A stretch of 64,000 nt of DNA. It comes from Eledone cirrhosa (lineage: Eukaryota). Shown piece after piece: positions 27,320 through 39,849 of this stretch. Position numbers and translations under genes: made by a program. Location of the stretch: assembly GCA_964016885.1 (NCBI GenBank), contig OZ024743.1, positions 188,294,001 to 188,358,000 of the forward strand. The letters are read 5' to 3'. The first letter of the stretch is position 1; each line of letters opens with the position of its first letter. The notes under the pieces were generated by a model, which saw only the letters and a list, made by a program, of their open reading frames with translations, had not been told where the DNA came from and ran no database searches.

Positions 27320-28930
27320 TTAATAATGTTCTCATCAACTGCAGATGGGTTGTTAAACAGATATTTAAAATATTCAGTCCACTGACTCTTGGTGCTTGCT
27401 AGATCTTTGATGAGGATGTTCCCATCTTTTGACTGCAGTGGTGCCATTTTTGAAGGCTGTATCATTATCATCAAACCAGTCTCTGTGTTTTGTCTTCTCA
27501 AGACCAAGTACATCAGCCCCAGAACTGTAAACATGTGTTTTAAATTGTTCCTAAGACAATGTTTTGATGGTACTTAGGAACTGCCACAAAGGGAGACAGT
27601 AACTGAGATGATGAATGATCCAACCATTTATGAGATAAGGTCTACTATCAAAGAGATAAACATAGGGAAAGCTTCAGGTTTGGATGGTGAACCAGTCCCA
27701 CAAGACTGGGTAGAGGTAATTTTGGTTTCAATTTACAGGGACAGCGGCTCCAAGTCAGAATGAAGTGATTACCATAGTATAAGTCTGATTGAATTGGTAG
27801 GAATAATCTTATCCAATTGTCTAATAAAATGGATCTGTCCTAGTGCCATCCCTGGAGACCCATTGTGGGTTCAGAGCTGGGTTACTATGGACATGATTTT
27901 CTCAGCCCATCAGTTTATGGAAAAGTGCCACTATACCAAGTATTTGAGGACCTTACCAAAGCCTTCGATATTGTTAATCATAGTGCATTATGGGTAATAT
28001 TGGGGAAGCTTGGATGTCCTCATGAGTTTGTTGGAATATTATAAAATCTCTCTCAATATATGAATGCGAAAGTGAAATTCAGTGGGACATTTTCAGAGCC
28101 AATTTCAGTGAAAAACAGTTTCAATAATTGTTTCTACTTTAGGCACAAGGCCAGCAATTATCCAGTGCATTACTGGTACTTTATTTTATCGACCCCGTAA
28201 GGATGAAAGGCAAAGTCAACCTCGGCGGGATTTGAACTCAGATCGTAAAGGGACGTAACTATGCTGGAAAGCATGGCGTCCGACCCTCTACCGATACTGC
28301 CAATCCACCGCCCTGTTTCAATAGTTTCAATAATGTGACATTTCTGCACCCATTCTGTTTGCTATCTATGTTGTTGTGACATATGACTTCCAGGACTTCG
28401 AAATCTGTATATATTAATGAATTAGAACATCTAGCATAGCCTTTAATCTAAGACGGTTTAACACTAAGTCTGAAACATTTGCCACTCTTGTTAGGGAGTT
28501 CTTGTATGCTGATGATACAGCTTTTGTGGCTCACACAGTAGAAGACATGCAATTGATACCATACACCTTCTCCAATGCATGCACTGAGTTTGGGCTAAAT
28601 ATTAGTATAAAAAAGAGAAAGGTCGTGTACACCCCATTAATTGGGGAAGTGTATGTGGAGCCAGGAATTTTTGTGAAGGGAAAAAAGGCTTGAAGTGGTT
28701 AACAGCTTTATGTATGTCAGAAGTACACTTAGAGATTGCACCTTCGATGCTGAAATATATTATGGGATTGCGAAAGCAAGTCGTGCCTTCAGGAAGCTTG
28801 AGAAGTGAGTCTGGTCAAATCATGGTATCACGAGAAACACAAAGCTTTTTTGTGTATGAGGCCTGTGTTCTTACAGTCCTGCTCTACGGATGTGGAATTT
28901 GAACAACTTTACAGGCATCACATCAACCAG
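27320..28930 (+). mobile_element. Decayed RTE (BovB-like) LINE with an inverted 5' segment
   Basis: Plus strand: ELPQRET..GKASGLDG, DLTKAFD, LYADDTAFVAH, VYEACVLTVLLYG. Minus segment 27320-27577: APLQSKDG..WTEYFKYLFNNPSAVDENII. Confidence 0.8.
28127..28312 (-). mobile_element. tRNA/CORE-type SINE inserted in the RTE relic
   Basis: Reverse complement of 6352-6535 with few differences; flanked by duplicated GTTTCAATA. Confidence 0.9.
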
Positions 28931-29799
28931 AATGACCTGTGCCTCAGGATTTAAGGCTTGGCAGAGTCATTGTTACTTCAGTCTATCTGACGATACTACA
29001 AATTAAATTACCAAGTCAGTCCTGTGTACAGAATCCAAAATCCTTGTGCCTTTAAGAACAAAACCAAAGCATAAGCTGCCTGTGTTTTGTCAAATGAAAG
29101 GCTAATGTTATGATTATTTTGTTCTTTGATTAGTTTCACCGTTGTCTGATAAAGATGTAAACAAACTCCCATCATATGGCTTACCATAAATGCTCATATA
29201 TTCTCATATGTAACTGATCTGACACAGATGACTATCAACATTTGTGGAATATATAGAATGTAAAAAATCATTTTAAAACTTCAGTTTGGAAACAATTTTT
29301 CCAGTCACAATAGGTTGTTGTTGAATGACAGGCTGTTCTTGATAAGAGTAGAGAGGAAGCAAATGACTGTCGTGTTAAAAGTTATATATATATCACTGAA
29401 GAGTATATGAAAACATATGATAAGACTGATTGGACAATTAATAGCTGCTTGTACATGGCTGCTATCTCTCCGAAAGAATACATAGGAGATACCTGCAGTG
29501 TACTTGATAGCAAAACAACTTAATGCGAACAATAAAATTAATAAACAAAACTTGAAAACTGCATTATCATCTGGACTACCGAATCAGACATCTAACTGCT
29601 ATCATAGGGTGTAAGGTGAATAATATGCTCAGAAGTACACGAACTACATCTTATGAAAATGTTAATGAAGATGCAAGATTCTGCTCACCAAATACTTAAA
29701 GGAAAATTAATAACTTTAAAACATAAACTCAAGATGCTGAGTGAAACATTTCTGTATTGTAAAACAAATACTACAATAACCTATCATTAACCACAAGCT

Positions 29800-30130
29800 G
29801 GCTTGTCCGGTCACTCCCTGGCAGGTTTGAGGTCAAGCCCATGGCAGTGGAGATTACTGGTGTCCTTAGCCCTAGAGCCACCTCCCTACTCACCACCATC
29901 AGCACAGAGTTGGCAACCTGCAGGTTTGAGCCTCATGAGCTACAATGGCTCTTCCAGCACATCTCCCTCACCATCCTTGATGGAAATGCCTTCTCTATTC
30001 TGTTCCCCCAGCACGGCGGGGCCACGGGGCAGCCAGCACATGGGACCCCATTTACTCATAATAGTGAGAGATGGGGAGAGTGGGAGGGATGGGGGCGATG
30101 ACAGTGGGAGTTTGGTTCTTTTGTGTTCGG
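29800..30130 (+). mobile_element. 3' fragment of a CRE-like (restriction-like endonuclease) non-LTR retrotransposon
   Basis: PMAVEITGVLSPRATSLLTTISTEL..EPHELQWLFQHISLTILDGNAFSIL resembles the CRE C-terminal pattern P-A-E-G..L-QR-S-A-RGNA-SI. Confidence 0.7.
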
Positions 30131-30611
30131 ACCGGGTGTATATATATATATGTTTCACAGACACACACTCACACATATATCCACAAGCTGTATATCAGAG
30201 TATGAACCTCCACTACTCACACACACACACACACACACACACAAAAGAAACCAATATTTATAGGCAGTTTTAACCGATTTTCTTAGCTGTTATGTATAGC
30301 AATTGACTGTTTACAGTTATATTCTGCATTTGAGATTCTACATTTTCTAAAAAAAAAAAAATGTTTGTAAAAGAAAAGGCTTTTTCCCATGAAGATATTA
30401 AATCAATTTCATTAATGATCTCGAATTAACAGAAAACATTTAAGCAGATGGCATCATGGTGAAATACAAAGAAGAAAGTATAGTGTAATAGAACCAATAA
30501 AATTTATTGAAACTTTTAACGAAGCTGTGTGAAAGTTACATAATAGGAAGAAATCAACTTGTTGGATATGGTTATAAGGGATATGTGTTCCACAGAAAGT
30601 CATAAACAGGT

Positions 30612-33600
30612 ATCATCATCATCATCATCATCATCATCAGGTTTAGCGACGGTGTTCCACGCTTGCATGGGTTTGGACGGGGGTATTCTCACTTGAGGCA
30701 AGAGTGGTTGTCTTGCTCGCATAGGACTGTCTGGCGGGTTTTCTACAGTTGGATGCCCTTCCTAACATCAACCACATTTACAGTGTGGGGCTGGGAGGTT
30801 TTTACCGTGTTGCCTACACGGCCACATTACAGCGTGGACTGTCTGGCGGGTTTTCTACAGCTGGATGCCCTTCCTAACACCAACCACATTTACAGTGTGG
30901 GGCTGGGAGGTTTTTACCGTGTTGCCTACACGGCCACATTTACAGCGTGGACTGTGTGTTTTTTGTTGTGACACCTACACGATCTCATTTGTTTCGGCCT
31001 GGATGTTGTGGGACCAACATAACTGTACATTGAAAGGGGCGGTGTGGATGGGGTGGAGGTGGTGGGACGGGGGGGGGGGGGTTTGATAGAGATGCCTACT
31101 GACTGTAGTAGGTTTTTACTTTGTATTTAGGTAAGGCGGGTCTTCTCTATTACTGAGTACCGCCAAAGGTCTCGGTCCAGTGACATTGTCTTGGAGAGGT
31201 GTAAGCGTGTGAGGTCGGAATTTATCAGCTCGTCCCATGTTTTTCTGGGTCTGCCTACTCCGTGGCTACCGTCTATCTTTATTGCCCTGCACTTTGTTAT
31301 ACAGCTGTCGTCTTTCATGCGCATCACGTGACCGTACCAACGTAGCCTTCTCTCGAGTAAACAACATCTGATCCCTCTTATTTCTAATTTTTTCCTTAGT
31401 TCGTTTATGCTTTGCCGTTCACGTATATTACTATTGCACATCCAGCGGAGCATGCAAGCTTCGTTCCTCTCTAGTCTGCGTATATCCTCTGCACACAATG
31501 CCCAGGTCTCACTGCCATGCAGCATTGCTGTTCGTATGCAGGCATCGTATAACCTGCCTTTCATTTTTAGGGAGAACCCTCTAGTGGCTAATAGTGGTAT
31601 AAGCTCTCTGAACTTTTTCCATCCAGTTCTGACTCTAGCTACTGTACTTTCAGAGCACCCTCCCCCACTGCTGATTTTGTCACCCAGGTAACGGAAGCTG
31701 TCCACTATTTCTATAGAACCCTCTGCGCAGTTGAAGGAGCTAGTATTTTGTGGGCACTTGCTGCTACTTATTGCACCAGAGCACCGGCCACATGTAAAAT
31801 CTATGTTCTTAGTTAGCTTACCTGTGATCCCACTACATCTTTTATGCACCCATACTTTGCATTTGGGACATAAAATGGAGTTTCTACCTACACCTTTCCT
31901 ACACACTGAGCATGGCCATTTCCCAGATGGGACTGCCGCCATATTTTCTTTCCTACAAACTAGAACTTTAGTCTTAGCCAGGTTAATTTTAAGGCCTTTT
32001 GATTCTAGGCCGTGCTTCCATGTTTGGAATTTCTTCTCTAGTTCGGTCATTGATTCAGCTATGAGCGTTAGATCATCTGCGTATAGGAGTTCCCATGGGC
32101 AGCCGGTCTTGAACTCCTCTGTTATAGCCTGAAGGGCAATAATAAATAGTAGGGGGCTAAGAACAGAGCCCTGATGGACACCAACTTTTACGCTAAACTC
32201 TTCACTATATTCGTTGTTAATTCTAACCTTACTGACTGTTTCTTTATACATGGCTTGTATAGCTCTCACAAGCCATTCGTCAACACCTAGTTTTCTAAGA
32301 GACCACCAGATAATGGAACGGGGGACTCTGTCGAAGGCTTTCTCCAAGTCGACGAAAGCTAAGTATAGGGGTTTACTTTTAGCTAGGTACTTCTCCTGTA
32401 GTTGTCGTACAATGAAAAGAGCGTCTGTGGTACTTTTGCCTGACACAAATCCGAACTGCATTTCATCTAGATCAATTCTCTCTCTGATTAGTTGCGCTAT
32501 TACTTTTTTCGTGACCTTCATGACCTGGTCGATTAATTTAATGCCTCTATAGTTACTCCTATCTAGGGCATCTCCTTTTCCCTTATAGCAGTTAACGATG
32601 ATGCTGCTACGCCAGTCCTTCGGAACAACCCCATTCTGTACGACTTGGTTAACTATCCGAGTGACCATGGTGTGTCCCACCGAACCAGATGCCTTCAGTA
32701 TCTCAGCAACTATTTCCAAAGGACCAGCCGCCTTACCCGTCTTCATATCTTTGATTGCCTTGCTTATTGTACTACCCTGGACTAACACTGCTGGTCCCTC
32801 TATTGGGTCGATGTGGGGGAGACTGTCTTTCTCCCATTTGTTCTCCTCATTTAGAAGCCTTTCGTAGTGACACTTCCAAGCTACCTTCTTATCAGCGTCG
32901 GTGATGGCAAGTATGCCATCATCGTTAAGCACACACTTCTCCCCGACAATATCACGGTTTTCCTTGACACATTGCCTGGCAATCCTGAACACCTCTCGTT
33001 TTTGGTGCTCACGTTGTAGAACATGCTTGAACTTTCTTTCCTCTGCTTCCCTTCTTGCGAAGTACACTTGTCTCCTAGCTTCCCTCCTGGCCACCTGATA
33101 GTCTTCTCTACTTCCCCCATCCCTCCATGCTATCCAAGCCTGCTTTTTGGCCTTAATTGACTCCTCCACCTTACTGTTCCACCACCATGTTACTCTCCTC
33201 CTACCTACAGGCCTGCTCCAGCCACAGACTTCGTCTGCCGCCGTCAGCAGGTTTGCTCTCATGAATTCCCACTGTTCCTCTATATTATACGACTCTAATT
33301 GCTCTTCCTTACTGTCGAAAGCGTCAAGTAATATGCTTTGAAATTTATTTCTAGCTATGCGGTCCTTTAACTTCCATATTTTTCTCCTGAGGATAGTCCT
33401 CTTCCGCTGTCTAGTACGTCTCGTCCTGACTATGAGGTCGCTAATTATCAGTCTATGTTGGGAGGTGAATTCTTCATGGGGGAGGGATTTAGTGTTAACA
33501 ACAGACACTCTGTCACGTCTTCTGGTAAGGATATAATCTACCTGGCTTGTGTGTTCCCCCGATCTATAGGTGATCAAGTGATTGTCTCGTTTTTTGAAGT
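30612..33600 (-). mobile_element. Young 5'-truncated RTE-clade LINE
   Basis: Uninterrupted ORF, ~510-bp 3' UTR and (GAT)n tail at 30612-30639. Truncated within the APE endonuclease domain. Confidence 0.95.
31127..33577 (-). CDS. RTE ORF: APE C-terminus, reverse transcriptase and embedded PHD finger (partial, no ATG start)
   Basis: QVDYIL/QHRL (APE end); NYRGI, QFGF, FVDLEKAFD, GVHQGSVLSPLLF, LLYADD, FRYLG (RT); RLRWYGHV..GRPRKTW; C4HC3 motif. Confidence 0.92.
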   Translation of the reverse strand: MITYRSGEHTSQVDYILTRRRDRVSVVNTKSLPHEEFTSQHRLIISDLIVRTRRTRQRKRTILRRKIWKLKDRIARNKFQSILLDAFDSKEEQLESYNIEEQWEFMRANLLTAADEVCGWSRPVGRRRVTWWWNSKVEESIKAKKQAWIAWRDGGSREDYQVARREARRQVYFARREAEERKFKHVLQREHQKREVFRIARQCVKENRDIVGEKCVLNDDGILAITDADKKVAWKCHYERLLNEENKWEKDSLPHIDPIEGPAVLVQGSTISKAIKDMKTGKAAGPLEIVAEILKASGSVGHTMVTRIVNQVVQNGVVPKDWRSSIIVNCYKGKGDALDRSNYRGIKLIDQVMKVTKKVIAQLIRERIDLDEMQFGFVSGKSTTDALFIVRQLQEKYLAKSKPLYLAFVDLEKAFDRVPRSIIWWSLRKLGVDEWLVRAIQAMYKETVSKVRINNEYSEEFSVKVGVHQGSVLSPLLFIIALQAITEEFKTGCPWELLYADDLTLIAESMTELEKKFQTWKHGLESKGLKINLAKTKVLVCRKENMAAVPSGKWPCSVCRKGVGRNSILCPKCKVWVHKRCSGITGKLTKNIDFTCGRCSGAISSSKCPQNTSSFNCAEGSIEIVDSFRYLGDKISSGGGCSESTVARVRTGWKKFRELIPLLATRGFSLKMKGRLYDACIRTAMLHGSETWALCAEDIRRLERNEACMLRWMCNSNIRERQSINELRKKLEIRGIRCCLLERRLRWYGHVMRMKDDSCITKCRAIKIDGSHGVGRPRKTWDELINSDLTRLHLSKTMSLDRDLWRYSVIEKTRLT

Positions 33601-34114
33601 TATTTAAAATAACTATGGAAGGTCATATTGACTTGACAAATTGGTTCACCATAGCATATACAGAGAAAGGAATGCAAAGTAAGAAGTGATAGAATGTTCC
33701 AAAAATCTTTTGGATAAATAAAGCTGCACTTACTGAAGAAAACATAAAGCACCGCAAAATCTTATGACAATATGGCTTGATTGCTACTGCAAATATATAA
33801 TGTCACTGCACATGGCAAATGTACTTGCTGCCTTAGTACCTACTATCAAAAGATTCACAAAAACCTGGTCAACAATATTCATACTTATAACTGAAAGAGG
33901 ATCAATTGTGTTTTATGTTAAAAATACTTCAAACGAAATACTTAAAGGAGACAATCTATCTGTGCTTCTGTATATCTTATATGAAAAATTATGGCACAAT
34001 ACATTAAGAATGTATTGTGATGAGATACAGTTTGGGTTTATGTCAGTATGGGTTATCATACTGACATAAACCCAAACTGTATATATATATACATATATAT
34101 ATATATACATACAT

Positions 34115-34174
<60 letters not shown>

Positions 34175-34199
34175 GCAAAGGTAAACAGAAATAACAACA

Positions 34200-35590
34200 C
34201 AATCGGTACAGTATATGGAAGGGATATATTAGGTTAACGCTTGATATAGCAGGAAGAGTGTCTTAACATTTCGGATGCTAGTCCTTTATCAGAAGAAAGA
34301 ATGAGAAATAAGGTAGATTGAGGAGACGGGCAGGTTGGAATTGGACAAAATGTCTTTAGATAAAAATAACAGGTTCATTCATGTTGATATCTCTTGCAAA
34401 ACTGTTGGTGCTGGCGTTTTGTGTATGATTTATTTTTTAGAAAAGTGGATGATGGAGCTCGTCTACCTGAAATGGAAAAAAAAACCGTTTTGTAAAAAGA
34501 GCTATACTTGTGCACGTGCGTAAGTAAGCATGTGTGTGTGTGTTATTATATGTCCGTCCGAAGCTAAGAATAAATGTATGTATATATGTGAGTAAAAGAA
34601 TGTGTGTGCATGTAAGTATGAAGCTATGAGCAAAAGTATGTTAATATAAGGGTGTGTATGTGTATACACAGAGCAATGAAGGGAAAAGTGGAGTGAGCAT
34701 ATATAGTCGGCTTGTATTAGTTGTAAGAGAAGATGTTAATGATCAAGAGAAAGCGATAGGAATCTAGGGGTGTGATAATGGACGGGGTATTAGAGAAATT
34801 GGAGAGGTGAGTTGAGTCCAAGAGGGGAATATGACCAAAAGCGGTGAATCAGACTTTGTTCAGTCATGGTGCGCGAGGCCTGTGATCGAAGATGTAAAAG
34901 GACACCCAGGACTGAAACATGTAGGGAAGAATGACCAGAAGAACAGAAATGACAGGTGGCAGGAGTATCCAAACCAAGTCATATGGCCCTCAAATGCTCG
35001 GCAAAACAGTCCACCATATGGGGTCCGATTTGTCCAATATATAAAGACCCACAAAGGGAACACCTGAGGGCATAGACAACATGGGTGGAGGTGCAGGTGA
35101 ATGGATGGCGGATACAGAAAGACCCGTTAGGACCTGTAAGAGTGGTGAGAGTGGAAATGAAGGGACAACTGTTGCAGCGGGAACGGGAACAAGGTTGAAA
35201 GACGGGTGGAGTCATGGGATAGGACGAGAAGGAACTGGAAACCAGGAGGCTGCTCAGGTTGCGGGCACATTTAAAAGCAGTAATGGGTGGGTTTGGAAAA
35301 AAGCAAGAAGTGACGGTGTCAGAAGAGAAGATGTGGAAGGAAGTGAGGATATGTTGATGGAGTGGTAGGGTTATGGGGTGGTAGGTGAGAGGGAAAGGAA
35401 CACAGTTGTTGGGAGGGCGGGGGTGAGGTGAGAGGACTGTAGTGCGGTCTGTTTCACGGGCATGGGTGAGAGCAGCTTGGATCAGGGTGGGTGGATATCC
35501 ACACTGGATGAAGAAGGAAGCCATACGAAGGGAATGTGTTTCAAAATCGTCGTCCTGGCTATAGAGCCAACGAAGACAGAGGAATTGGGA
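34200..35590 (-). mobile_element. 5'-truncated Penelope-like element, Neptune type (RT thumb, Cys linker, GIY-YIG) with pLTR
   Basis: SQFL..RW.YSQDDDF, GYP, LTYHP, CSRSRCNSC, FTCTSTHVVYALRCSLCGSLYIGQ, FAEHL, SPLGLN. Decayed HHR at 34261-34295 (TCTT-CTGATAA-AGGA..TCC-GAAA-TG-TT-AAGA). Sits inside an older RTE fragment (EIQFGF at ~34022, HQGSVL at ~35797). Confidence 0.85.
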
Positions 35591-37415
35591 TATATATACT
35601 AAGACAACTACAGGAGAAATATTTAGGATAAACTAAACTACTTTATTTTGTCAATTTGCAGGTCCCTCCAAAAAAAGTAAAGAATGGGGGAGTTGAATGT
35701 TTTGAGAGAGCTGTGGAAAGTATGGAGAGAGGTGTTGCCAGCATGATAAGAGTTAACAATAAGTTCAACGATGAATTTTTCATGCCAAATGGTAACCATC
35801 AGGGCTCAGTCCTCATCTGTTTATTATAGTTTTCCTGCACATAGCAGAAGAATTTGAGATCACTTAATATTTAAGTATATATTCAATAAGAGGGGGCTCC
35901 ACTATATTTATCAAAGGACAGATTTTCCTCTGGAATGCATTGATTTAAAAAACATATCACAATGAGTGGTAATAACTTCAAATTCCAGGCGTAAAAGCAA
36001 AACTTAGAATTGAGATGCTTTAACCATAGAGATGACAGGGGAAGACAATTTTTAGTGAATAAAACCTGCCTAACCAGACACAAATTATGATGGTGGGGCA
36101 TAATAGAAGTTGGGATGTATAATATTCACATTTGGGCATATGCTCAAATTAAGTCACTGTATACTGCTTTCCTCTCTCTTCATTAATCATTATTCATCCA
36201 TCCTCCTTCTAGATGCCCACATACTATCATTCTCTGTCTCTACCATCACCTATAAACAACTACTATATATCTCTCTACCATTAACAACTATCTATCACTC
36301 TAATATTTCACCCGCTTTTAAAGGAGGGCTGGTATTATTTTGGATTCCTCATTATCATTACTGTTTTTTATTGCTAGACAATACTTTTGCTCCCATTACT
36401 CCTTTCCTTGTCATTTATTAAAGTTACTAACACCAATACTGATAGCTATCAATCAATCTCTCTATCTCTTTCTCTCTCACGTCCAGTACACTTTCTTGAA
36501 ACAGCTTGTATCACTCTGTCATGCAGCTCATACTGTTTCTATTCAATCTCCTTACCAACAATCATAATGTAGTTGCCTATCACTTTTGAAGCCAGATCTT
36601 TTATGGATGGATGGCTTTTCCATTAAAGACTCAACAGTGATATTGATTTTTCTGCTTAACACTAAGTGAAGCAAATGCATTCATGAGCGTTGCCAAGGCA
36701 CAACTGATTCTTGTATTATACTACAAGGAAATGAGAAACAGATTTCTTGTCTTTTTTACCCAAGGTATAGAGGATGTTTGAATCAAACCGTATAATACTG
36801 GTATTTAAACAGTACATTACTTATCAATTGTATGCCTTTGGAATAAAACACCAAACACTTTAGTCAGTGCTTATAAAATATGATTTCTTGAGAATTTGAT
36901 CAATAAGCCAAACATCTTAAGCAATACAGCTACAGTTCTCAAAATCTGTTGTGTATCATTAAATCTAATAAATGTTCACTTTATGATTAATTATGCTGTA
37001 TTGGCTAGTGAACAATACAGAATATTTCTTTCCGTCTTCTACTCTTCTCCATCTCTCTCTATCCCCAATCTCCACTCAGCACATTTTCCCATCTAGTTAT
37101 GTCAAAGCTGTAATTCCCTTTTGCTAAGCTTCTCTTAACAATCTCTTACTGTTTAATTAGTTTGGGCTGTTAGATATGCATTATATTCTCAAACTGCACT
37201 CAGAGGATCCACTGTCATGTTTACATTCTAAGAATGCTAGTAATGAAGTTGCTGGTGGGTTGTGGAGTGTGTAACATGTGAAGTGGTTGTTAATTTTAAG
37301 TTGCCATTATTCAGAATTATATATTCATTCTCTTCTCTCATGCTGTCAACTTTAGTAAGTACATAAATGAGCCTGGGAATATTCAATCTACTTTCATGGC
37401 TGTAACTTATTATTA

Positions 37416-37416
<1 letters not shown>

Positions 37417-37484
<68 letters not shown>
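37417..37484. repeat. (CTA)n microsatellite
   Basis: Direct reading. Confidence 0.95.
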
Positions 37485-39634
37485 GCTGCCACCACCATCA
37501 CCCATCTGCTAAAGTACAATTGGAGACACAACAATGTAACAAATCTGGCCACCCCAATTTAAACTCCTTAGAAAAGAGGCTCTGTGATGATGAATATATG
37601 GATGTTTTGAAATGATTTGCATATCATGTTTGAATACCATTTGGCATCCTACCTTATGTAGGCTATTTATTCTATGTCTATTGTCTAGTCTCCAATCACT
37701 TTCCACATGTGCATAAAAAACCTGCAATGCATTCAAGACCTCATGCTTTATATTGCCAAGTTATAGGGGAGACACTAATGCCCAACACCTGAACATCATA
37801 ACATACCTATCTCTATTAGATATATACTTCAAACAGCTATCATAAAACCCATGACATGTATCTTCACTCACAATAAACAACTATATTTATAAAAGGTACA
37901 AAAGCAAGCAATTGTTTACATCAGCCAAAGCTACACATCAGATATCTCTGTCACATCTAAAGTTACAATCAATACAACAAACACATCACAACATATCCAC
38001 ACACCAAAGTATCAAATACTTTTTTCTGTAGACATGAACACAATTGTGCATGCAATACTCAAGCTTACTCAAACTACATTCACCAAACTTAGAACCAACA
38101 AATTGCCTTTCATTCACTTACATCAACTATATAAAGCCCAAAATATTCACTATGTTACTATCTTATTAACGCCCATATCCATTGTGAATTTTGTGAAGCC
38201 TTACAGTTTTGACTGTCTGAAATAGAGTAAAAATGTAAATAAAAATTACTTTTCACTAAATGTTGAGGGAATGTGATGAACTTCATTTATTCACAATTTG
38301 CCACTGATAGAATTTGCATTGATACTATTATCTTGATTGGAAAAAATGACAGATTTAATAACAAATGAGTTTATAAGCATTGCAATCCAATTGAAACAAA
38401 ACAAATGAGAGCCTGTTTTGAAAGGTGACCTGGAAGTTTTGTGAAACAATTTTCATTGTGTTCTTCTCTTAATTAATGCACAATTAATTGCATTACCTGT
38501 GAAAATTTCCTAATTATTTGTAGTAAACTACTGGTGATATATTTCAGCTCTCAAAAATATTTTAGGGAATCATGCCAGTTAGAAACAACCACACATTAAC
38601 TATAGTCTTTTGTTACAACAATGGTAGTGTAGTCAATATACTATGGAGATCAAATTCACCTTTTGACACAGATCATAGTTCAACCAAGAAATGAATTTTT
38701 TCTGTTAGTAAGAGCAGTGTAGGACACATTTCAAAGAAACTATATATTTGGTTTACATTCAGTTTGGATTATAAAACCCAGTTGCTAAACTTATAAACTT
38801 ATTTTTCTGGTGGTTGTGCAAATTCACGACTGATTCAGGTGGTTTGGTTTCCTTCCGATCTTCTCAGCTAGTATATTGCAACAGAAAAGTTATTTCCTCA
38901 ACATTTTTCATATTTTCTACTCTGTTCATTACATACACTTTGCTATTATTACACAGAGTTTGAGTGTAAAATTTAGTCAAATTTTAATGTACTGCTCTGA
39001 AACAATGTATAACATTTTATTTTTCATTTTCAAGAAATCATATTTTATAAGTACTGACTAAAGTGTTTGGTCTTTTATATATATATAAACAACGATTGAC
39101 TTTAAGAAGCATTGGGGAATTTGGAATGTAGTCTTTGTCTCAATGCATATATGATCATAATAAAAGTCAAACTCAGTAAATGAAAGTTGAAAATTTCAGC
39201 TAAAATATACCAGGAGATGAAAAAAAAAGGGGTCAGAAGGCCAGGGCTGAATTTAAAGAAAAAGTGGAAGAAGACATTACTCTTGCGCCCTTTATGAAAA
39301 TGCCTCCTCCCCTTCACAAATCAATATGCCGTAAGCTCCCAATTGGGTGCCATTACTGCACGTGAGTTGTCCCTTGCTGCCAGTGGAGGGTCTGTGCCAG
39401 AGGGCATGTATCTTCTGTAATAATTTGAATTTATATTTTAGACACACAAGAGCTGTTTTTAACAATGTATGATATTTGGTGGTGTCACAAAAATTGACAA
39501 AAATGTTTACATTTAAGTGACAGCAGACTGCTGATGTTTGTGTATACATACAATATATATGCGTACACACACACATATACATATATAGAGTGAGATAGAG
39601 AGATGTAAAATCCCACTCACCAAGCAAGCCTTTT

Positions 39635-39795
<161 letters not shown>

Positions 39796-39849
39796 TATGT
39801 ATATATATATATATATACATACATGCACACATATATATATATATGTACA

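Noticed and set aside
31407-33341. Plus-strand ORFs overlapping the RTE
   Set aside because: They are antisense shadows of the LINE ORF with no independent motifs.
37417-37484. Telomeric repeat
   Set aside because: It is a simple (CTA)n trinucleotide, not TTAGGG-type.
38274-38310. C/D snoRNA-like GTGATGA..CTGA
   Set aside because: The boxes are too close together and there is no terminal stem.
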